Assembly: GCF_009914755.1 (NCBI RefSeq)
Contig: NC_060927.1
DNA length: 64,000 nt
Source: the human T2T-CHM13v2.0 reference genome, Homo sapiens
Direction: 5' to 3' (one strand)
In this document: in pieces, positions 25,251 through 39,861 of the stretch
Position numbering within the stretch: the first letter of the stretch is position 1
How the letters are laid out: every line of letters starts with the position of its first letter
Program-made: the position numbers and the translations under genes
Notes under the pieces: generated by a model
What the model was told of the DNA's origin: nothing
What the model saw: the letters and a program-made list of their open reading frames with translations, nothing else
The model's database searches: none

Positions 25251-26223
25251 ACTCCTGTGTTTATTTTTCAATTACATATGTGTTATTATTACCTCCTCAC
25301 AACAATTCTATGAAGTGCTTATTGGGGTTAAAAAAACTGGAACTCAGGAAGGGTTGGTAACTTGCCTAAATTCTCTCATGAAGTGAAGTTTCTGGGATCC
25401 AAACCCTGTGTGTTTCATTCCAAATCCTCTGACCTTTCCACCACATCACAATGTTTCCTGTGTTGTCAGAGATAAAGTCGATGCCTATCTTCCCATATTA
25501 GACAATGTAGTTGTAATATTTATATTCCCATTCCCTCAGTATGGTTTTTGGTATCCTGTTTTCATTGCTATTTTTATTGCATTATCTTATATATATCTTA
25601 TTGTAAGCTGCCTTAGATATCTTTTGAAAATAGGCAGGGAATAATTTTCAAATAAAATAAACATATCAAAGAAAATATTCAGCATGTGTCTCATTGCCTG
25701 AGTAAGTGGCCCTGTGAGTACATTTTGATTGAAAGTAAAAGTTTTGTCATTGGCTTTGAGTCCCAAGGCAAGTATACCAATATATTTTGAGAACTAAGAA
25801 AAGCAGTTTCAGAGTAAATCCATTGTTATCTGTTTCCATTGTACTGGATTTGCCAACAAAATTACACAAATTATATAGAATGACAACGGATATAAATCCA
25901 AAGAATTGGAGGCTATATTTTTCTTGAAGGTCTGCCACAAAAAAATTGGAGGCAGTAACTGTGGTTCGGCCAACTTGATAATTGGTTGGAACTTGGATAT
26001 TGATTGAGTCTAGTTCCTGCAGAGATTTTCCCCTCTTGCAGAGTAAGAAAAGTAGGTCAAAGCAGATAGCATGGCTGGAATGCATAACAAGTTGCTAAGA
26101 AGCTAAAATGATTTTGCGAAGACCATGCTAAGAAACAGCTTTTGCCAGTTCATGAATGCGTGGTATGTCTGTTTTTGTATCATCATCTTTATTATCTTTA
26201 ATCCTAAGGATAGAGACACACAC

Positions 26224-26449
26224 CTGCAATAATCTCCAGCTCTTTCAGTCTTTGTTGTGAAGCTCGCAGTTTTCCCTTCCTTATGGAGGGATTTTCACCT
26301 TTTCTTCTTTTCTGGACAAGAGCCAATTTTTTCCCTGCTGCTTCAAACCTCAGGAAGCACTTTTATGAGGCTTTGGACCCGAAGTACACTTTCTGGGATT
26401 CTCTGAGACGGCGGCCTACACTAGAGGAGCAAGTCTTCCGTCAGGACCC
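26224..26449 (-). other. Candidate 226-nt non-coding exon
   Basis: Minus-strand acceptor catgttttcag|GGG and donor CAG|GTGTGT; stops in all three frames. Confidence 0.3.
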
Positions 26450-27041
26450 CTGAAAACATGGGTCACTAGAATCACTGCAGGAAGTTAGTATGTGGACATG
26501 GTGGAGCCGTGACCTTTGACCCTATTCTCTCAATCTCTGCACCACTGACCAACAGGGATCTGCAAACATTTTGACAGCTCCTGCCAGTCTAGGGTCTGCT
26601 TAGAGGATGATACAGATCTCATTCCAGGGAGGAGCTTTCCAACAGTTTGTAGAACTGCCTCTGGTAATTTGAGAAACAGCCCCTTCATTCTAGCATGAGC
26701 CAGTCACTAGCAGGAGCTTCTTAGTCTCCGAACAAATACTTGTGACATAGAGCAAACAAAGACTTGTTTGCTGTGCCACAGGGCGCTTGGATCTTGCCAG
26801 AGCATCACTTTCAGGCCTGGAAATTCCCCTTTCTTCTCCAGCCTGATTGCTTTTAAAAAGCTTTACATTGGATCAACCAGAGTTTTTTGTTTCATTCATA
26901 GGAAGACTCTTTTATTCTCCCTGAAGCAGTTTCATGGAGGCTCCTGAGTGCTCTGGAAAAGCCATTTCTTATTTCAATATGGCAGAGGGAGGTGCCTCAA
27001 TAAGACTCTTGATGGGGTTTCAAGTTAAAAAATTGGAAACA

Positions 27042-27410
27042 ATCTTAGCTTGGGGTGCTATCACAAAATTTAATAGACTGGGTGATTTATAAAGAACAGA
27101 AATTTCTCTCAGTTCTGGAGGCTAGAAGTCCAAGATTAGGGTGCAGCATGGTCAGGTTCTCGTGAGGACTCTCTTCTGGGTTGCAGACTGCTGGCTTTTC
27201 ATTGTCTTCTCAATGGATGAAAGACAGCAAGCTAGCTCTCTCTGGCTTCTCCCTATAAAGGCACTAACCCCATCATAAAGACTCTTCTCTTATCACCTAA
27301 TCACCTACCAAAGGCCTCAATCTTTAAGTACCATCACATTGGGGATTTGATTTCATACATTTGATTCAACATATGAATTTGGCAGAGACACAGACATTTG
27401 GTTCATAACA
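27042..27410 (-). mobile_element. MLT1A/MLT1A0 solo LTR
   Basis: cagttctggaggctagaagtccaagat...ataaaggcactaaccccat...tcaacatatgaattt...ttcataaca. Confidence 0.85.
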
Positions 27411-27707
27411 AACTTTAATAAACAATGGGGTAATAATTTTATGTTATGATTAAATATCAGTAGTATAATATTATGTCAACAAAACACAATAGAAAACAAT
27501 AATAGAGCACACTCTTATTTTTTCCAAGTCTGGAAGAAAAAAATAAAAATGAATTTAGCACTTACTATGTGCCAGGTATGATAAGTGCTTTGCATACATC
27601 TCATTTAATGCTTGAAGGGAAACCTATGAGAAAGGTATTATTATGGTCTTTGTTCTACAGCCAGGAAACCAAGGCTTAAAGAGATTAAGCATTTTGCTGA
27701 TAATCAC

Positions 27708-28165
27708 TATCAGTTAGCTTCTGCTAACAAAACATGGTGGTTTAAAACAAACAGTTATTATTTCCCATGTTTTTGTGAGTTGGCTGCAATTCTTCTGGAC
27801 TGGGATAGCATGGCTAGGGTTGGGGCTGCATGGTCAAGGATGGCCTTTACCAGGATGATAAGACAGCTGGGCCATGCTCCATTGGCCACTCCCTCTCCAG
27901 GGGGTCAGCCCAGGCTTGTTTCCATGGTGGTGGGAGGAATTTCCAGACACAAGAGAGGGCAAATCCAGATACTCAAACACTTTTCAAGCTGCTGCATCAT
28001 ATTGGCTAATGTCACGTTGGTCAAAGTCATATTGAGCCCAAACCCAATTCACGGGGTGGAAAAGTGTATTTTGTCTCTTGACTGGGGGTTTGTCATAATC
28101 ACGTTGCAAGAGGGCATGCATTCAGGGGTTGGGGGAGGATTTGTGACCTTTTGCAATATATCATA
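27708..28165 (-). mobile_element. MLT1H-like LTR inserted into a minus-strand MIR (about 27550-28230)
   Basis: tatcagttagc...ggtttaaaacaa...agcccaggcttgtttccatggtgg...ttggtcaaag; MIR text on both sides. Confidence 0.65.
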
Positions 28166-28789
28166 ATCACAAAATCAGTAAGAGACTCAACTGATGTTAA
28201 AATCCAGGTAGTCTATTCCAAAGCCATATGATATAACCTACACATGTTATAATGATCTTCCTTGGAAATCTTAATGCTCTGGGGCATTTTCTTTCCATTT
28301 TATATAATGAGCATGAATTACTCTGAGAATTAAAGTATTTGAAAACTACGATGACTGCATTTAGATGTTCTAGGCACTTTGAGGAAAAGACAGTGATATC
28401 AAGACCACGTCATTTTAACCTTGTCAGCACTTCTCCTTGTTTGCCAACTTCTGAGATGTCCATGGAGATGGCAGACTCTCAGCAGTTGCTATGAATTGTG
28501 GCACAATACCTTACATGAACTCTCCCAGCAGTGGCAGAGAAGTAGCCCTTTGACTCACACTCATGTTTCTCATCTTGCCGGCCAAACCTGGGTCATTTGA
28601 GCAGCTCTCTACTGTATCATTATCCTGTCACCACAGGAATTGCAAAGAAATAGCCAATGAACCTGAAAGATTGCAACTAATTGCCTTCTGCATTCATTAA
28701 GCCTTGGGAAGCTGGGTTTAAAAATCGCCTTAGGCTGATTCTTCAAGTTGTGTGTGGTTAAAGCATTCTGGATATAGAAGCGGTGGCTC

Positions 28790-29160
28790 ACATGTTTATT
28801 CATTCCTTCTTCAAATATTGATCGGGTGTCTGACACTGAACAGGGAGTTGAGAATGCAGTAGTGAACAAAATAAAAATGGCCCTGACCTCATGGAACTTC
28901 CATTTTAGTGAAGGAAAGGTCAACAGATTACAGATAAGACAACTACACAGCTGTGAAAGTGATGGATGGAGGGTCTCTATGGGAGCCACTGTGCCTTGGG
29001 AAGTCAGGGAAGGCTTCTGTAAAGAAGACATTAGAGCCAAAGCCTGAAGGATGGGAATGAGCTGTTGCCATGTAGAGCTGGGACAGGCCATTCCAGAGAC
29101 GGAGAGAAGCAAACGCAAGGGCCTGGAAGCAGGTGAGGGCTTGCTTGCTGTGTTGGCGAA
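28790..29160 (-). mobile_element. L2 3' fragment
   Basis: gcagtagtgaacaaaataaaaatggccctgacctcatggaacttcc...gtcagggaaggcttc. Confidence 0.75.
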
Positions 29161-30218
29161 ACACAATGGTGGCATCGTGCTTTGTTTCTCCTCTTCTCCA
29201 TTCTCTGCTACTTCTTGGCCTCTGTTGGTGCAATGACACTTTAAGAAAACCCAGGACCAAATCAAGCAAAGTTTGTAAAAATATGGCAGATAGAAATAAC
29301 AGTTTTTTAATAGGAAATATGATTTACCAAATTAAAATAGTATTTCTTCACATATTTGACAATTTGTGCAGTCAAAATCAGTATTCATGAGAAGAGTGAT
29401 CATTTCTTGATTAAAAATCTAATACCTAAGTATAATTCTAATATATTAGTGAATGCCTATGGGATTAAATGCTACTGAATATATCTATTGGTGTGTGATG
29501 GTCACTCAGTAATTACCTAAAGTAAAATTGTAAGCTATGAATGCTTAAATTTGAAACTAGTAAAAAGTATGAAAGTTATAGCATTTTTATCTTCTAAAGC
29601 ATTAGGATCACCTAAAAGAAATTTTTGTAATATACTTTTTTCCCAAAGTATTTTTTGTTGTCGTTTTGCTTTTTATATAATTGTACTTTGTCAGTGAAAC
29701 TGTTTTATCATTTCTATTAAACATCAGTGCTATCTTTATTTTAGGTTTACAAAATGTCATTCATTTAACAAATATTTACTGGTTCTTGCTGTATGGCCAG
29801 CCTTAGACTAGATGTTAGGAATACAAAGACATACCATCTCTCCTCTGGGACATGCCATTATGGGCCTTTTTAGGGCAAGCCTTCCCGTTACAAATTGACA
29901 ATTTAAAATGTGCTACTTCCTAAAATTCTTCAAAAGGACAGAACTAGCTTCTACAGCAGTTTATCCCCAACAGCTTATGTGATTAACAGAGAAATATGAT
30001 TTCACCATCTACTTTCAGAGACAAAAAAATAAAAACTGAAGTGAAAACAAAAACTCCTACCAAAACAAAAATTCCTACTAAACCCTGTCAACAAAGTGAT
30101 GGGTCTTGACATGGATGCTGGCAGTCAGCAAGACAGAAGTCAAGGATTGTTTCAGATAAATGGCAGGAGTCAAATGCAGGTGGCTCTGCTGACTCTCTAC
30201 AGATACTAAGCACTCATG

Positions 30219-30292
30219 GTGTGTGTGTGTGTGCGTGTGTGTGTGTGTTTGCATGCATGTGTGTGTGTGTTTGCATGCATGTGTGTGTGTGT
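30219..30292. repeat. Interrupted (GT)n microsatellite with two TTGCATGCAT inserts
   Basis: Read directly from the sequence. Confidence 0.95.
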
Positions 30293-30570
30293 AATGGAGC
30301 ACACGACTCTTGCAGGAAAGATGTTCCAGGAGTTGACTGGGGCATAAAGGTGTAAGTTGCAGCCTTCAAGGCATGGCCTGCATTCTAGTTTCTGGAACTC
30401 CTACATCTCAGAGATGCAAAAACTAGGGTGCTGAGAGGGCCAAACTGCATGGACCATACTACTGAGTACCTTGTGGTCTGGTCTGTGCCTCATTATCCTC
30501 TGGCCAGGTATGGCTGACAGAGAAGCATCTGTTTTTTGGGTTTGCTGTCAGGAGGCTGAGATCTTTGAGG

Positions 30571-30571
<1 letters not shown>

Positions 30572-30608
<37 letters not shown>
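30572..30608. repeat. (TG)18 microsatellite
   Basis: Read directly from the sequence. Confidence 0.97.
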
Positions 30609-30610
<2 letters not shown>

Positions 30611-31059
30611 CTCAATAAAATTTAGACCTTTGCTAGGGCAGCTGCCAAGAATAAAAAAGTAGGCTGAGAAAAATCACGTTTCAATGCAAGTAGAATGAAT
30701 AATATTTCTTTGTCTTAAAGATGTTTCCACTATAGCTGTTCAGTCTTGCTTGAGAAAATTTCGTGTTGTAGAATGTTTAATGTTAAAATGCTCTGTGAGA
30801 AAATCCGTAATTTGCAATTAGGTAACTTGTAGGGTCAGTCAGCAAAAGACAAAATCTACTTGCTTCAAAAGTGTTTTGGCAGCAAAGTTTAGCCAGACTT
30901 TATTATATTCAAATGCTCAGTGGTTGCTAGATGTGTAATTTTTGTAACTTTAGACCCCAGTGGGAAACATTGTTTGGGAATCATAAAAATCATGGTGAAG
31001 AACAATTGCAGATATTGTACAGTGAGCGATAGGATATTTCTTGATAAAACATAATGGTT

Positions 31060-31366
31060 ATGAACCTCTAAATATTATGTTGAGTAAAAGAAGCTGGCAC
31101 AATTGAAACATAGTTTCAATTATATGAAGTTCAAGAATACATTTATCTGATGGAAATCAAGGAATCAACTGAAAAGGAATGGGATGGAACTTTCTGGGAT
31201 GATGGACATGTTCTGTATCTTGTTTCGGGTGAGAGTTACAATTTATATCTGTGTATTTTAATGTATGTAAATTATACCTCAATTAAAAATGAATAAAACT
31301 GAACACTTTAGATCTGTGCACTTTAATGTATGTAAATTATACCTCAATTTAAAAATGAATAAAATT
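31060..31366 (+). mobile_element. Old L1M 3' end with 65-bp terminal tandem duplication
   Basis: ggaactttctgggatgatgg..atgttctgtatcttg; tgtatgtaaattatacctcaat occurs twice. Confidence 0.75.
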
Positions 31367-31815
31367 ACACACACAAAGATATCTGTTAAGTACGGTGATT
31401 CTCAAATTTTTTTTTCTGTATTGATCCTCATGCAAATACATTGATTACTTCTGGCTTAAATGTGTCTTTCTTCTACCTGTTTGCCAAATGACAATTTAAT
31501 TAAATAAATCTTAAAACCTATACAGCTTCACAAGTTTTGTGATTGTAATTATTTCTAACTGGTACTGGTGAACTACATTTCTTATCTAGATCTACCTCCT
31601 ATGGACTAGTCGATCCTTGTTTAGACAAAGTATAATTTAAAACTCTCTAAGCCTTAGTTTTTCCATTTGTAAAATGGAGATTACACTTGCCTGAGGGTTG
31701 TTGTAGGATCAAGTGAGAAAATGTATATTATAATCCTGCTAGTCAAAGCATCATCAATGGCATCACTCAGGGGCTTGTTAGGAATGCAGAATCTTAGTCC
31801 TCGCCCTGGACCCAC

Positions 31816-32500
<685 letters not shown>

Positions 32501-33024
32501 CCCACTGAAGCAGAATCACCATTTAACAAAATGCCCAGGTAATTTAACAAGATGCCCAGGTAAAGTTTTAGAAGTGTGATCTTAAATGCATTGTAAATTA
32601 TAAATTGAGATACAAATATTAGAAATTGTCATTAATACAGTTTCTATGGTGGAAATATGGCCCAGCATTTTGCTATGTGTTTTCCATGTTGTTGTCAGGC
32701 TGCTGGCCTGAAACCAATGTGGGTAACATGCTTGTGAAATATGGCTGAGTTGTTGGTGGAGGGACTTCATGAGTCAGAATGGTAGGCTTTCCTAGGACCA
32801 GCCAACAAACTGCATTTCCAGGTAGCTTTTCAGGATGCAATTTCATAGGGTGTGAGAGTGGCCTCAGGTCTATGAGGCTATAACATTGAGTAATTTCTGC
32901 AATTCCAAAGGCGGTGAGAAATTTCTATCCTGGAATTTAATTTTCTTCCCCTGGAATCTGTTCCTAGCCAATAGCCGTAAAAGGTGCTGCCATCACCAAT
33001 TCACTTGAGCCAGCAGCCTCCCAA

Positions 33025-33820
33025 TCATCCATGATTCTCTTTGTGACTCCCATCCCTATCCCATCCATCAGCAAGTACCCTCAGTCCTATCTCTGAATTC
33101 GACCTTCAATCTTCCTACCTCCGTCCAGCTTCATGACCACCACCGCCATCATTTGGCCTACTGGCCCCTAGTGGTTTCCCACCTCCACTGCATGCTCTTT
33201 GATCATTCATTCTCTAAATGTCCGAGAAAACAGATTACATCATACTCCTGCTGAAAACTCTTCCATATGTTGCTTTTTACTTAGAATAAGACCCAGACCC
33301 CACACCTGCACCTGTAGTAGCCCATGAGGTCCTGCCTGAAATGGTTCTGGTGCATCTCTGCAGCTGCATCTTGCCCCTCCCTACCTCACTCGGCCCAAAC
33401 CACATTGACCTTCAGGTTTCCAAGCGTGTCCCATGTTTCTCTGTTTTGCAGATGCTGCTTTCTTGCCTAGCTTTTTCGTCTCCCCTCCTTTGAATGCTCA
33501 GTTCGTTTTTCTCCTGCAAGTCTCAGCTAATTCCCCAGTTTCTCAGAGGTGTCTTCTGTGAGTGTTCTAGCTAAAGTAGACCCCACTGTCAATCACCATC
33601 TCAGTCCTTTGTTTTTTTCCTTCACAACACCTCATCACAAGTTGAAATTATTCTGCATATCTGACATTCCATTTTTGTTTGATCTTCCCTTGTAGAATAG
33701 CAGGGCTTATACTTGTATTGTTCACCATTGTATTCCCAGGGTCCAGCTTAGTGCCTGGCCTAGGGTAGATACTTAGCAGATACTGGTGATGACTAACTGA
33801 CTAATACATGAATGAATGCA
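33025..33820 (+). mobile_element. L2a-like 3' region
   Basis: catccatcagcaagt...ttgttcaccattgtattccc...gtgcctggc...atgaatgaatg tail. Confidence 0.8.
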
Positions 33821-35182
33821 TGCATGCGTGAACGAGTTCATTCCTTTGCATAGCTGGATGGCTGCTTAATTATGTAAGGCTGTTTGGAATTTACTTCCTG
33901 AAGAAGTTAAAAAAAAAAAAAAGGCCCACCTCTTGATTCTACACTCATCACCCTCATACCAGATTGCTGAATGCATTAAAAAAAGAAAGAAAAGCAGAAT
34001 TCATTTTGCAGAGCTTGCTTGCTCTGTATCCCTGGTCCTCCTGTGACCTCATCCTGCTTCTGGAAAGGGTGGTTCCCTTGCAGTGGTTTTATCAGTCCCT
34101 GGTCCCTGGACCCGCACTGTTGGAAACCACAGGAAAAGCAAGCACAACATCACCTTTAATTAGCAAGAGAGGCGCCTGCCTGATACACACAGCGGCTTGG
34201 AAGCAAGAAACAGAAAAATGTAAGGCAGGACCAGGTTCGTGGAAAGAACTAGAAAATGAAAAAGAGTAATTATCCTGTTTTAACCTAATGTTGTTAATCT
34301 GTATTGCCCATTATCATTGAGAGCATCTTGCCTACTGAAGTATGCGAGCTGTGGAGCTGCTCTTTGCTCCAGCAGTGTAGCTAACAGAAGGGACTGGCTC
34401 CTCATCCATCATAATAATTAGTTTGTCATAATTTTCTGTCCTTCATGGCTCTGCAGTAAAAAGATAGAAGAGGCATTTAAAGTTACCCAGGAATTGTTCC
34501 CCAAATTTCCTCCCTGTTCTTTATGGGAACAGATAGCTGTATTTCTGCCCTATTTATTTTATGTTTGGCCTGTGATAATGAAGTATATTTCATCTGGAAG
34601 TATACAGCTTTAATTTTCATGTTCTACTTGGAAACATCTCGCTGTTTCGTTTTGTTTCAGCTCTACAGTATATAAAGAGAGCTCATGCTTCCTTCTGAAC
34701 TCACCCATCACCCACCAGAGTTAATTCTAGTTTCAAGACCAACATTACGACTTCATGAGCCAACTGCATAATAACACGCACCGGATCTCCAGTCCGTTAG
34801 CATGGACAGAATGTTTTCCCTATTTTATCCCTTAATTTTCAGAACAGCCCTGGGAGGTAGACAAGGCAGGGGTTATCCACATGCCCATTTGACAGAATGA
34901 GGAGCAGAAAGGTCAACTGACTTGCTCAGGGCCATGCTGCTCAAGCAAAAAGGTGCTAGGACTTGATTCCTGGTTTGCTAATTGTACATGATGGCCTTTT
35001 CTATAACTCCAGCAACATCTGTAGCAACCGCTGCTTCTACTGGAGTTTGCTTCTGCTGAAATGCAAATGGGTCAATTTTCAGTTATTCTTTCATACTCTC
35101 ATCTTTATGAACAGGATGGGCATTCTGTGGTGGAAAAAGGGAAAGGTGGCTGGTACAAAAACATGGGGTTTATGGCCCAGGG

Positions 35183-35370
35183 CAGAAGTTCTCAAAGTGT
35201 GGTCCCCGGACCAGCAGCATCTGCATCACCAGAGAGCGTGTTTGAGATGTAAAGTTTCAGGCTCCACTCCAGTCCTACTTACTTATCAGAACTCTGGGGT
35301 AGACTTGGCAATCTGTGCTTTAACAAGTCCACCAGGTGATTCTGATGCAGGCTAAAGCTTGAGAAGCACC
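35183..35370. mobile_element. MER5A
   Basis: gttctcaaagtgtggtccccggaccagcagcatc...ttaacaag..caggtgattctgatgca...ttgagaagcac. Confidence 0.9.
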
Positions 35371-36629
35371 CACCTAGGAAGAAGATGGGGAAACACAGAG
35401 GAGAAGAGAGAAATTACATTGTGTGCCCAGGCCACAGACTCTGGGGCCAGACTTCTGGGTTCTTATCATAGTCCTACCACCTCATCCATCCACAGAGTAT
35501 TTACTGAGCATTTACTATATGCCAGGCACCATGCAGATGCTTGGAATATAGCAGTGAAAGAACCAAAGATCTCACAGACCTGCTGTTTTACTTTACACTC
35601 ATTGGTTGAGTGATAGAAGGAGCAAAGTAGTCTGTCCTTTTGTTTCCTGGCCCATAAAGGGAGAATACTAACTGTGCCTAACTGTAGAGTTTTTCTAAGG
35701 TTGACACTGAAAATATCTAGTGTCTGCACACAGTGAGAGCTCTGCAAGTGCTTGCCCTCTTCCTCTTCACACACTCTCAGTTGCTGAGTACTATCAACAA
35801 GTTGATGGTGCCATCCCTTGCCACTGTTCCAAATTGTGATCACAAGCCGCAAAGAAATTCCTAGAGGCATGAGACTGACACAGACATCACTGAGATGCTT
35901 AAAGGAGGTGTTCAAATTATCCCATTTGGAAGGGTGCAGAGGCCTCTTGGACCCAGGTGATACGTACTTGATTGTGAAATATCCAAATTTTGTCATAATT
36001 TCCACGATTACTATGACAATATTGGCCCAAGTTCTCTAGGAATAAATACGTTCTTGGCACTGCTTCTGAGTCCTCCAGCCTGAAATATATACAGGGCTCA
36101 AGGATGAAGAACTTATTGGGTGGCTTCAAGTAGTATAGAGCGTATTTGAAGATGTCTCTGATTTTAACGTCTGGCTGCTTCAGGAGGGCAGAGATGCGGT
36201 GACAATATGGGCCTTTCCCACGTTCACATCAGGTGCTCATTTCTCCAGATACAAAATTGTTTATGCTGTATTCAAAGCCCAGCTCAAATCTTAGCTCATC
36301 TATAACATGGTTTCCGGTTGGATCAGCTCATGTGAAATTCTTCAGTGAGGGGTTTGGTGCTCCCTTGTACCCCCAGTGGAGCAAACACCATTTGCCAGCC
36401 ACCTGGGAAGCAAATACTGCATCTGTTGTAGCATTCTGTGTTAGTTCCTTGAAACCCTTCCCACCCCAGTCTAAGACTGTGGTGGAAGCTGTATTGAGAA
36501 GACATGTAGGCAGAAGTCAAATGTGGAACTCCTAAACCACCCCAAATATAAATGTTGTATGGTGTGTTTGTTGGGTGTGTTGGCGAGAGAGAGAGGAGAG
36601 ACAGTGAATGGGTGTGTGGGGATCAGAGC

Positions 36630-36820
36630 CAGAAGAAATAAGAAGGGAGGCAGAAGGGGGGAAGAGGAAAAAAGGAAGATGGAAGAAAAGGAGGTAGAAG
36701 GAATGGAGGGAGGGAAGAAGAAAGGGAAAGAGGAGAAAGGAGAAGGAGAAAGGCAAGAAAAGTAGGCTAGATGGAAAGGAAGGGGAGGAGGAAAAAGGAA
36801 GAAAGGGGAGGGAGAGAAGA
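36630..36820. repeat. Polypurine (GA-rich) low-complexity tract
   Basis: About 190 bp with only about 10 pyrimidines on the + strand. Confidence 0.92.
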
Positions 36821-38139
36821 CTTGGGCCTGCAAAGCTGACTCCTAGTTCACACAGCCAACTTGCTGCCTGCAGGAGAGAAGACAGGCCTGCCTCGCCTGC
36901 TGTCTGTTGGTGGGACCCAGGTCTAGCTGAGCCCATTGTGGCATTGGTGGCTTGACATGACATGCTTCTGTGTGGAGTAAGATGCTGCAGAGGGTGCATC
37001 TTGTATGAGAACCTCTTCAACTCAGTGTCCCTGACCACTTCTATATTGTGGCCTGATGATTAAAGATCCTCTCTTGGTCCTGTTCTCTTCATTGAACCTG
37101 TGCCTCTACCATGGGGATTCACTCTACCTAGCGATTCACAAACACATCTAGATCTTTCTCTAGACTTTGGGCCTTGGAGGGTGGGGCCATGTCTTAGTCT
37201 GCCTTAGAGAAGTCAGATTGAGTTGCTTTACATTTAGTAGGATCATGTTTCTAAAATGTAGTAGAATTATTTACTGAGAATAGTGTCCTATTTCTTGTGG
37301 AAAAATAGACCCATTGGGGTGCAATTTTTCTAGTATGTACTGCTGATTATAAGGGACAAATGATTCTTCCTTTTAGTCTCTTCTTAATAACAAAACATTA
37401 CTGAGCTAAAATTTATTGGAGATTTTGTTTTGTTTTTTCTCCCTCACTCCCCTCCCCTGCCCCATCTAACAAGAATATAATGCTCTGGAAGAATACCTCA
37501 TATTTCAGATCTAAATTTAAAGAAGTCAGACTCAATTGCTCAGTTAATTAAATTTGCAGTAGTCTCTTTGGAGATATTTATGGACTTGTTTTTACACTTT
37601 TGCATTTTCCTTTTCTTCCAGTTGAGTAGTAGCAAATACAATGTGACAGCCACATTACTGTACATGTCAGTTATTTACAGACTAAAGTGATGGATTTCCT
37701 GATAATCATTTAATAAAATAATTTTCGGGGGATGCAGGCTCCCAGACCCCTTTGTTCATATGTTGCATTAAATGGGGTATCACATGATACCCCAGAGAGA
37801 ACCACAGCCCATCTGACTCTGACATATGCACTATTTGAAATTTGGGGGCTTCCTTTATGGCTAAAAGCCAAATATTTGGACATGTGGTCTACTATGCAAA
37901 CATCTTAAAAGTAGAAGCCACAGAATAAGATGAAGTCATCAACACTTCCATTGCCTGAAAACCAAAGGTTATATAGATTCCTGGTACCAGGACAAGGTTT
38001 TGTTCAGTTGTAAATACCCATGCCACTTTCTGCAATAATGATACTGAACACTATGTGGCATTTATCAAATAAAAAATTAAAGCCTATTTTTTTACATCCA
38101 TAGCTTCCAATATCTCTGTGACATGTGCCAGAAACTTTG

Positions 38140-38335
38140 TGAAACTATTTAGATGTCCTCTCTTATAGTACCCTCGCAATACCTTATGAGATAGGTTGTT
38201 ATCTCCATTTTATAAATGAAGAAACTGAGGCTCAGAAAGAGAAAATGATACCCCCAGGTCATATAGGTGGCAAATGCCAGAGCCTGGTCTCAAGTCTAGT
38301 CCTTTTGATTACTAAACCCATAGGATTTTTACTAC
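38140..38335 (-). mobile_element. MIR
   Basis: ctccattttataaatgaagaaactgaggctcagaaag core. Confidence 0.82.
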
Positions 38336-38348
38336 CCCATTTTTATTT

Positions 38349-38382
<34 letters not shown>

Positions 38383-38539
38383 AATAAAATGTGAAATGAA
38401 AAAGCCCCAAATAGTGGTGGAAATAGTAGATAATTAAAAGCAATGCATAATTCATAGATTAGAGTTTTATATTGATAAATACGTAAAATAATATACTTTC
38501 ATACTTGGCTTCTCTGTAAAGATATTTAATATTATACGT

Positions 38540-38860
38540 GTCACAGAACATTCAAGAAAAAATTTAAAAACAAAGACAGAACGTGCCCTATTAGGTATCA
38601 AAACACGTTTTAGAGTAGTAGCAGTCAGAAAAGTGTGGCATTGACAGATAGAACAAGACAGAGAGCCTGAAATAAACTCAAAAATGAAAATTTTTTGTAT
38701 GAGAAAGTTGGCACTTAAAAGTGAATGGGGAAGAGATGGGCTGATTATTCAGCAAATGGCGCTGGGATGCTGGCTATCTACTTGGGGGAAAAAAGGTCTC
38801 TATCTCACATTATTTATGAAAATACTGGATTAAAAGTCTAAATATTTTTAAAAATATGCA
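38540..38860 (+). mobile_element. Ancient L1M ORF2 3' fragment
   Basis: gtgtggcattg...agagagcctgaaataaactca...ttattcagcaaatggcgctggga. Confidence 0.6.
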
Positions 38861-39225
38861 TTGGAATTCATAAGGTCTAGGTGACATATGAGCATTCCTA
38901 TGAGAAAGACTCAGAGTTGAGTTGTAAAGTAGAAAATGCATTTTCCCATACTTGAGACATAACTGTTACTCTTCAGACATGACCATGTTAATACCTATGC
39001 TTCATATCAAAAAGGGTGCTGCTGACTGCACACGAAATGTGGTATATTAGCACATATACCACTTGTTTAACTGGTCCCCATGGTAATCAGAGGCTTGTAC
39101 TTTGGGCAGGGCTAGCTGGGACTTGGGGAGCAAGACCTTGCTGTGGACTCCCCACCCACCCTATGCAAGAGGAGGCTAGGTTGCCCTGCTTTGTGTTCCC
39201 ATGGCCGCTGGGATTTCCTGACTCA

Positions 39226-39595
<370 letters not shown>

Positions 39596-39861
39596 TCATG
39601 GAATGTACAGATAAGCATGTTTTGGACCTCTTGGACAGGGCTCACAAAGGGGTTTATAGGGAAAAAGGTGAACATGTTTAACAGGGAGATTGGCATGTCC
39701 ACAGGAGACTTCTGGGCTGGATGGGAAATGTGTGTGCTTGTGGCTTCTGAGGCAGTCCAGATAAGTCAGGAGAAAGCATGATTTGGCATTTAAAGTGAAT
39801 AGGGAAGAGATGGGCCTGGAATGTGCCATTCCAGGTGATGAGGGTGACCTAGATGTGAGTG

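Noticed and set aside
28609-29265. 218-aa ORF, the longest in the window
   Set aside because: Largely overlaps an L2 fragment and shows no protein motif.
36471-37038. Hydrophobic or charged low-complexity ORFs
   Set aside because: Artefacts of translating the polypurine tract.
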